Below, piece by piece: positions 58,021 to 64,000 of a stretch of 64,000 bases of DNA. Each line of letters opens with the position of its first letter. Position 1 is the stretch's first letter. Origin of the DNA: Turneriella sp. (GTDB taxonomy: Bacteria > Spirochaetota > Leptospiria > Turneriellales > Turneriellaceae). The stretch spans positions 1,344,001 through 1,408,000 of the forward strand of contig CBDIID010000003.1 of the NCBI GenBank assembly GCA_965279515.1, read 5' to 3'. Below the pieces are notes generated by a model. That model was given only the letters and a program-made list of their open reading frames with translations. It was not told where the DNA came from and did not search any database. A program made the position numbers and the translations under genes.

Positions 58021-59316
58021 TTATCGGCGTTTGGATGCCATAAAGTAAAAGGTAAGCCCTGACAGCACAAAAATCAATCCCACTGCGGGCCCAAAAAGCA
58101 GCGCAATACGGAATTTGACCGCCGCATCAGGAACCACGCCTGACTGGTAGCCAATGGCGGTGAGCAATAGCCCCGAAAGCACCACAGCCACACCGCGCGA
58201 GGCCTTGATGCCGAATTTCCAGACACCGAAGTAGAGGCCTTCGCGGTTTTCTCCCGTCGCATTGCGGTCCAGATCGGCCGCGTCGGCGACATAGGAATCG
58301 AAGAGCAGAATGCAGCCGGTAAAAAAGCCGCCGAGCACCGCCGCCACGATAGGGCCCGCCAGTTTACCCGCAGGAAACAGCGGATAGGCCACAGCACTCA
58401 TCACACCCAGGCCCACGATACCCAGCGTTGCCGGCAAATCTTTGCCAAAGCGGTCGGCCAGCTTCACCCACAGAATCGCCGACGCCGACCAGACAAGAAT
58501 GAAGACGATCAGCACAAGCGCGAGATCGTCTTCGCCGAGCCCCAGGAAATGGTCGTAATAATAACGCGCGAGCGTCGAATTGATCGCGACGCCGATGTAG
58601 GCGAGAAACCCCGAGACAAAGAGCCAGAGAAAAAAAGCATTCCCCCGCGCAGCGCGCATGTCATTCCAGAAACCGCGCGCAGCGGTTACGGCGACCGGCG
58701 GCGATTTTTTAAGCGAAACAACGCAGATCATGACAGCGACGAAAGCCGTGAGCCCGATAACCAGGGCGATCGACGCAAAGGTTGCGGTATCGGGCGTGCC
58801 GGCGCTGCGCCCGGCCTTGAGCATCACTGCCGGAACAATAAGGCCCAGAATCAGCCCGATGTTCGCGAAGATGAGGCGCGCGGCGAAGATGCGTATGCGC
58901 ACGGCGGCGTCCCGCGACAGCTCGGCCGAAATCGCGGCATGCGGCACCGTGACGAACGTGATGCCCGTGTTCAAAATCAGATTCGCCAGCGTCAGCTGGG
59001 CAAAAATGCCGACGGCACCCAGGCTGCGGTAGGGCGAAAAAATCCAGAAAAGCGAAGGCACGATGAGGATAGCCCCCGCGACCAAAAACGGCTTACGGTT
59101 TCCCCAGCGGCTCTTGAACGTATCAGAAAGCGACCCGATAAACGGGTCAATGAAGGCATCCCAGATCAGGGCAATACCCGCCGCAAGCGAAGCCAGCGAG
59201 CTCTCTACACCGAGCTTGTCGGTGTAAAAGATGAGAAGCTGCAGGCGAACGAAGAACTCGACCGCAAAGATGCCCGATTCGGCGGAAGCATAGAGAGCGA
59301 GGCGAAGCGGCGCCAT
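58021..59316 (-). CDS. MFS transporter, GPH/MelB-like
   Basis: WDAFIDPFIGSLSD..SRWGNRKPF, REGLYFG. Confidence 0.88.
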   Translation of the reverse strand: MAPLRLALYASAESGIFAVEFFVRLQLLIFYTDKLGVESSLASLAAGIALIWDAFIDPFIGSLSDTFKSRWGNRKPFLVAGAILIVPSLFWIFSPYRSLGAVGIFAQLTLANLILNTGITFVTVPHAAISAELSRDAAVRIRIFAARLIFANIGLILGLIVPAVMLKAGRSAGTPDTATFASIALVIGLTAFVAVMICVVSLKKSPPVAVTAARGFWNDMRAARGNAFFLWLFVSGFLAYIGVAINSTLARYYYDHFLGLGEDDLALVLIVFILVWSASAILWVKLADRFGKDLPATLGIVGLGVMSAVAYPLFPAGKLAGPIVAAVLGGFFTGCILLFDSYVADAADLDRNATGENREGLYFGVWKFGIKASRGVAVVLSGLLLTAIGYQSGVVPDAAVKFRIALLFGPAVGLIFVLSGLTFYFMASKRR

Positions 59317-60008
59317 TATTTTTTCGGATAACTGAACATAACGCGCACCTTGAGACTTTTGCCGTCAGCGCCATTGATGTTCGAGATACCCTCGTATTTT
59401 TTTAGCCGCTTATCTGCACGATTGTACCAGAGTTTGATCGGCTTCACAAACTGGCGCACGACGATGTTGTCGATCTCGAGGTTCAGACGGCAGATTTCAC
59501 CCGTTTCCTGCCGCGCTACGCGGAAGCGGAAATAGTCGAGTTCCACCGGCACGGCAAAATAAAACGACTTGTTCTTACCTGCACAAATTTCGTCAAAATT
59601 TTCGCGCACGAAATAATCGAAACCGCCGTCGAAGACTGCCGGAGCGGGCGTCTGCACGGTTTTTTCCCGGAGCGGCTCCGTGGCCTTGCGGCGCGCAAAA
59701 TAGACGGTTGCGGCGCCTGCGCGGCGTATGCCCTCGACATAGCCGTCGCGCGCATCCCTGAGCTCATAGCTGGGCTGCAGGCGGTTCGGCTGAAACGTGA
59801 TGAGCTTCGAGGCAAACTCCTTACCTTCTTTATCACGGTAAGAAACGCGGGAATACGCATGCGAGCCCGCCTGGTAAAATTCGCTGTGGTTTTCGGAGTA
59901 GACAAAGGCGCCGCTCGAAAGATCGTAGGCGTCGCCGCGGTAGCGTATGACATCCTCTGCTGCCTCCAGAGCGCCGGATTCGAGAACAGCGCCTAGCATC
60001 AGGGTCAT
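59316..60008 (-). CDS. Hypothetical exported protein (signal peptide apparently frameshifted)
   Basis: ORF with VFDGGFDYFVRENF and YEGISN; the likely original start at 60025 is out of frame. Confidence 0.7.
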   Translation of the reverse strand: MTLMLGAVLESGALEAAEDVIRYRGDAYDLSSGAFVYSENHSEFYQAGSHAYSRVSYRDKEGKEFASKLITFQPNRLQPSYELRDARDGYVEGIRRAGAATVYFARRKATEPLREKTVQTPAPAVFDGGFDYFVRENFDEICAGKNKSFYFAVPVELDYFRFRVARQETGEICRLNLEIDNIVVRQFVKPIKLWYNRADKRLKKYEGISNINGADGKSLKVRVMFSYPKK

Positions 60009-60021
60009 GACCAGGCCTTTT

Positions 60022-61278
60022 TCATAATTTGTCCAGATAGGGTTCGCGTGCACCATGAAAATCTCCATATTTCTGTGTATTGGCGCGCGAGAAAACGATC
60101 TGCACATCGTTGATCGCGCGCTCTGAAAAGCCGGCTTCGCAGAAGGTGAGGTAATACAGCCACTTGCGCATAAACGTTTCGTCGTAGTTCATGGCCGCAA
60201 TTTTTTTCCGGTTCTTTTCTACATTCTGCCGCCACTGCCTGAGCGTCGTGGCATAATGTTGCCCGATGGTCTCCAGATCCACCACCATGAGATCTCCCGT
60301 GCGGTGCACCGACTTCAGCACCTCGAGGTTCGACAGCAGGCAGGAACCAGGGAAAATATAGATCTGCGTGAAGTCGGTGTTCTTCAGGTATTGTTCGAAA
60401 CGCGCGTCGGGGTAAGTGATGTATTGCAGAACCATGAGACCGTCGTGCTTGAGCAGCTCGGTGCAGCGGCGGAAAAAAGTATCCCAATAACGAAAGCCGA
60501 TCGCTTCGGCCATTTCGATCGAAACAATCTTATCAAATTTTCCCGTCAGGGTGCGGTAGTCGGCGATCTGGATGTCGATGAGTTTCTCGAGCTTTGCCGC
60601 GCGGATTTTCTGCTGCGCGTATAAGAATTGCTGCTCTGAAATCGTCACGGTGGTAATGCGGCAGCCATAATGTTTCGCCGCATATATCGCAAAACCACCC
60701 CAGCCGCTGCCGATCTCAAGCATATGGTCATCTTTCGTAAGCTGCAGCTTGCGGCATAAAAGATCAAACTTGCGTTCCTGGGCGGCCTCGAGCGACTCGC
60801 GCGGGTTCTTATAGATACCGCAGGAGTATGCCATCGTCGGCCCAAGCATCAGCTCATAGAAGGGATTGCCGATATCGTAGTGTTCGGCAATATTGCGGCG
60901 GCTGATGCGGCGCGTGTTGGGCCGCAGAAAGTGCCTGATGCGGTTCACAAAACCCAGCAGATTCATGAACCAGGCGGTGACGCCCGCGCCGGAAAAACCG
61001 GGCAGCCGCATCGCATTCTGGGCAAACCAGCGCAGCGTGAGATTCAGGTCGGGGGAGTCCCAGGTATTATCGACGAAGGCCTCGCCAAAACCAATTTCGC
61101 CATAGAGCACCGCCTGACGGTAAAAATCAGGATCTGTAATATGGAACTCCGCCCTGTACCCCGGTTTTTCCCCCTGGAGCACATAATTCTCACCCGAGGG
61201 GAATTTCTCGGTCACGGCAAGAGAGCCGAACTCGATCTTTGATAAACCAAATCGAAAAAGCTTCCTGTAAAACATCAA
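60022..61278 (-). CDS. Cyclopropane-fatty-acyl-phospholipid synthase family methyltransferase (Cfa/UfaM-like)
   Basis: IAEHYDIGN, MAYSC, LEIGSGWGG, VSIEMAEA, YIFPG. Confidence 0.93.
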   Translation of the reverse strand: MMFYRKLFRFGLSKIEFGSLAVTEKFPSGENYVLQGEKPGYRAEFHITDPDFYRQAVLYGEIGFGEAFVDNTWDSPDLNLTLRWFAQNAMRLPGFSGAGVTAWFMNLLGFVNRIRHFLRPNTRRISRRNIAEHYDIGNPFYELMLGPTMAYSCGIYKNPRESLEAAQERKFDLLCRKLQLTKDDHMLEIGSGWGGFAIYAAKHYGCRITTVTISEQQFLYAQQKIRAAKLEKLIDIQIADYRTLTGKFDKIVSIEMAEAIGFRYWDTFFRRCTELLKHDGLMVLQYITYPDARFEQYLKNTDFTQIYIFPGSCLLSNLEVLKSVHRTGDLMVVDLETIGQHYATTLRQWRQNVEKNRKKIAAMNYDETFMRKWLYYLTFCEAGFSERAINDVQIVFSRANTQKYGDFHGAREPYLDKL

Positions 61279-62018
61279 CTCTGACTCCTGAGATTGTTAT
61301 GCAGCACCGCGGCATCGGCCGCGGCTTTAGGGAAAAAAGGCACACGTCTGACAAATAACTTCAGCGCATACCAATGGATGAGGACAATCACGCGCACCGT
61401 ATGGAACGGGTATTTCAGGAATAGCCGCATGAGATTGCGGAGCCTCAGATCACGGCGATTGCCGCGCATTTCGGCGACGAGCTCAACGCCTTTTTTGCTA
61501 TGGGTATGTATGCCAATCGCGAGTTTATCCGCCGGCGCGAAAATGCGCATGTGAAAATCAGAGAACGGGGAAATAAAAGGCGAGACATAGAAGTCTTTGC
61601 GCTCTATGGCGACCTTTTCAGAAGCTGGCAGCAGAAAGTGTTTTTGCTCGCCGAAGGTGTTGTTGACTTCGACGGCTGTTGCCGTATGTATCCCCTTGTT
61701 ACAGTAGAAAAAGAAACTGACCGGATTAAACACATAACCGCAAATACGCGGGTGCGCGAGCAGAAAGACCTGGTCTGCGACCAGCGTTGAATGCTCGCGT
61801 AAATATGCGAGCGCCTGATCGATGGCCGGCGCGCTGTCTTTGGCAATCAGCGAAAAATCTCTGCGTTCAAAACGGTGGCCAAAACCGAGACGATTATTCC
61901 CCCGATCGAAGCGCGCGACGTCGATCAGCAGGTTGTAGCCGTGGATGTTAAACTTCTGCCGCACGGGATTACCCCTTGCGTGGAAAATCTCCAGCTCATA
62001 AATACCTTCGCGCATCAT
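61275..62018 (-). CDS. DUF1365 protein (UfaO-like)
   Basis: GYVFNPVSF, EVNNTFGE, KDFYVSPF, IHWYALKL. Confidence 0.9.
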   Translation of the reverse strand: MMREGIYELEIFHARGNPVRQKFNIHGYNLLIDVARFDRGNNRLGFGHRFERRDFSLIAKDSAPAIDQALAYLREHSTLVADQVFLLAHPRICGYVFNPVSFFFYCNKGIHTATAVEVNNTFGEQKHFLLPASEKVAIERKDFYVSPFISPFSDFHMRIFAPADKLAIGIHTHSKKGVELVAEMRGNRRDLRLRNLMRLFLKYPFHTVRVIVLIHWYALKLFVRRVPFFPKAAADAAVLHNNLRSQS

Positions 62019-63256
62019 GAGAGCCTGCGCTCCAGTGCTTCCGCGGCATTGACTGCCGAAAGATAGCCATCTTCGTGGAAACCATAGCGAAAATAACTGC
62101 CGCTGAAGAATATCTTACCCGACTCGTTGAGCCGCGGCAGGTGCAGCTGTGCGGTTTCGGTATGCTCGTCGAACAGCGGATGCTCATAATCGAACCGCGC
62201 ATAGGTTTTGTCAGGGGCGATCGGCGCAAAATCGTTGAGCGAGACAAAATAATTGAGCTTGCCCGGTATGCGCTGCAGCATGTTCATATAATAGACGAGC
62301 GTCGATTTATTTTTACCGGATTTGAAATTCCATGCTGACCAGGTTTTTCTCAGCGGCTGCATCACTGATTCGTCGCTGTGCAGCACCGCTATGTTTTTTT
62401 CGTATTTGAAGTGCGACAACAGGCGGCGCTGGTCATCCGTAGGTTCTTTCAAAAGGCGCAGCGCCTGGTCAGCATGCGAGGCGATCAGGCAGGCATCGAA
62501 CTGTAACCTGCCTGCGGCGCTCGAAACGGCAACACCGCCTGCGCTCTCTTCTATCGTCGTTACCGGGGTGCTCAGCAAAAGCTTACCCTTAAATTTTTCA
62601 AGAATCTTTTTTACATAACTGCGGCTGCCCCCCACGACATACTTCCATTGCAGGCCGTTATAGAGGCTCAAAAAGCCATGGTTCACAAAAAAACGCGCAA
62701 ACGTACGTGCGGGAAATGAGAGCATGAGGTCGGGCGGGGTCGACCAAACCGCAGCCGTCATCGGAATGATATAGTTGTCGGCAAAAAAACGGCTGAAACC
62801 CTTGCGTCGCAGGTACTCGCCGAACGAACCGTGGATTTCACCGCGGTCTAAATCCTTCTCAAGATCGGTGTTGAAGCGGTTGGCTTCGAGCAAAAAACGG
62901 TAGTAGCGCGGTGAGAAGAGATTTTTTTTCTGCGCAAACAGCCCGCTAAGGCCGCGCGAGCACCATTGCAGGTTGGTCTGCGTATTGAACTGCGCAAACG
63001 ACATGTCGCTGTTTGCATATTCGACACCGAGTTCGCGGAAAAGACTGATCAGATTCGGGTAGGTCTTTTCGTTGAAGACGATAAAGCCGGTATCGACACT
63101 CTGCACACCGCCACTGGCCAGGGGGATATCCACCGTATTGGTATGGCCGCCCGGGTACGAGCCTGCCTCGAACACAGTGATGTCGAATTTATCGCGCAGC
63201 AAATACGCGGCGCCCAGCCCCGCGATACCGCTGCCTACAATTGCCAGTTTCTTCAA
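62015..63256 (-). CDS. FAD-dependent oxidoreductase (UfaD-like)
   Basis: GSGIAGL, GGHTNT, DTGFIVFN..TYPN, HADQAL, YEHP, GFHEDG. Confidence 0.9.
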   Translation of the reverse strand: MKKLAIVGSGIAGLGAAYLLRDKFDITVFEAGSYPGGHTNTVDIPLASGGVQSVDTGFIVFNEKTYPNLISLFRELGVEYANSDMSFAQFNTQTNLQWCSRGLSGLFAQKKNLFSPRYYRFLLEANRFNTDLEKDLDRGEIHGSFGEYLRRKGFSRFFADNYIIPMTAAVWSTPPDLMLSFPARTFARFFVNHGFLSLYNGLQWKYVVGGSRSYVKKILEKFKGKLLLSTPVTTIEESAGGVAVSSAAGRLQFDACLIASHADQALRLLKEPTDDQRRLLSHFKYEKNIAVLHSDESVMQPLRKTWSAWNFKSGKNKSTLVYYMNMLQRIPGKLNYFVSLNDFAPIAPDKTYARFDYEHPLFDEHTETAQLHLPRLNESGKIFFSGSYFRYGFHEDGYLSAVNAAEALERRLS

Positions 63257-64000
63257 GCTATACCCCCTTCGCTACGCGCACCGCTGCCGCCGATTTTCAC
63301 CTTAATATGCGGAAACCTCTTATGCACCTGTTGCACAAATTTTTCGATTTCAGTACGCGTCTTCGGAGTCGTCGCCGAAACATGTACCTCTTCGTAATCA
63401 CCCTGGCTCAGCTCTTCAAAGAGCCGCTCGATCTTCAGCGCACCGCTGAAACGACCACCCTGCCCCTCAGCCGTCATCAGCACATAGTGCATCATCGAAC
63501 CCAGCTCATGTTCGTCGCCCGGGAAAGCGACGAAGAGACGTCCGATACTTGACTTACGGTTAAAACGCAGTGCCAGTTGCGACAGATAACCCATCATCCA
63601 GCGTGAGAACGCATGCTCGGTGGCGACGGTGATGAAACCGGCCTCCCAGGCCTTGCCGACAAGAACTGTCTGCGGCCAGATTTTTTTACGGATGAGGTAA
63701 TCTACATTGTGCAGCCTCAGCGTCGCGTCAAGCTCATGCGAGAGATGCACAAAATTGTTCTCGATGACCTGCTCGAGAAATTGCAGCTCATCGGGCGTGT
63801 AATCGGAATCCGGTGCGCGGGCGAGCAGCCCAACGCGTCCCTGTTTCATGATGGCAGACAACTTATTGCCGGCATTCAGCATACGTGCAATACTCAGCAA
63901 CACGCGGTAGTCTTCAGAGGTATAATAGAGGTAGCCGTTGTCGCCGCGCTCGGGGTCGAGAATGCCGTAGCGTTCACGCCACTTGCGTATGTTTGCGGCA
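63253..64000 (-). CDS. MerR-family B12-binding regulator (CarH/LitR-like); 5' end beyond the window
   Basis: Upstream extension reads IRKWRERYGILDPERGDNGY (MerR HTH); W-x9-EH, DEHELG, SAT and GG cobalamin motifs. Confidence 0.85.
   Translation of the reverse strand, partial: AANIRKWRERYGILDPERGDNGYLYYTSEDYRVLLSIARMLNAGNKLSAIMKQGRVGLLARAPDSDYTPDELQFLEQVIENNFVHLSHELDATLRLHNVDYLIRKKIWPQTVLVGKAWEAGFITVATEHAFSRWMMGYLSQLALRFNRKSSIGRLFVAFPGDEHELGSMMHYVLMTAEGQGGRFSGALKIERLFEELSQGDYEEVHVSATTPKTRTEIEKFVQQVHKRFPHIKVKIGGSGARSEGGIA

Noticed and set aside
1..64000. CRISPR array, rRNA, tRNA, transposase
   Set aside because: No regularly spaced repeats or recognisable signatures seen; intergenic gaps are short

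Overview
Gene-dense bacterial chromosomal window, roughly mid-50s % GC by eye. Gene content and the many Cys-lipobox proteins suggest a Leptospiraceae-like spirochete such as Turneriella (inference, not verified). No rRNA, tRNA, CRISPR array, prophage or intact IS was seen. In order: an MMPL/RND exporter (truncated at the left edge) behind a tandem double acyl-CoA dehydrogenase; a frameshifted outer-membrane protein; a TonB-dependent receptor; a convergent glycogen cluster (glgP and a GH13-GH77 fusion facing glgX and glgA); a cytochrome c / ferric reductase / cytochrome b5 module; envelope enzymes; a complete molybdenum-cofactor operon behind a Tat-less nitrate reductase and a fused 4Fe-4S/DmsC membrane anchor, divergent from narK-nirA-cysJ-like, with sigma54-type promoters on both sides; a sigma54-preceded stand-alone ACT protein; dapD; a TetR/AHL-lactonase-like pair with a clear operator; xerC/D; and a CarH/LitR-type B12 regulator (truncated at the right edge) heading a furan/cyclopropane fatty-acid operon. 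The most notable observations are: (1) the membrane-anchored nitrate assimilation system with similar N-terminal peptides on NirA and the flavoprotein; (2) three sigma54 promoters that put the start codon at about +1; (3) short palindromic elements inserted in frame in five proteins; (4) the CarH-ufa-like operon.
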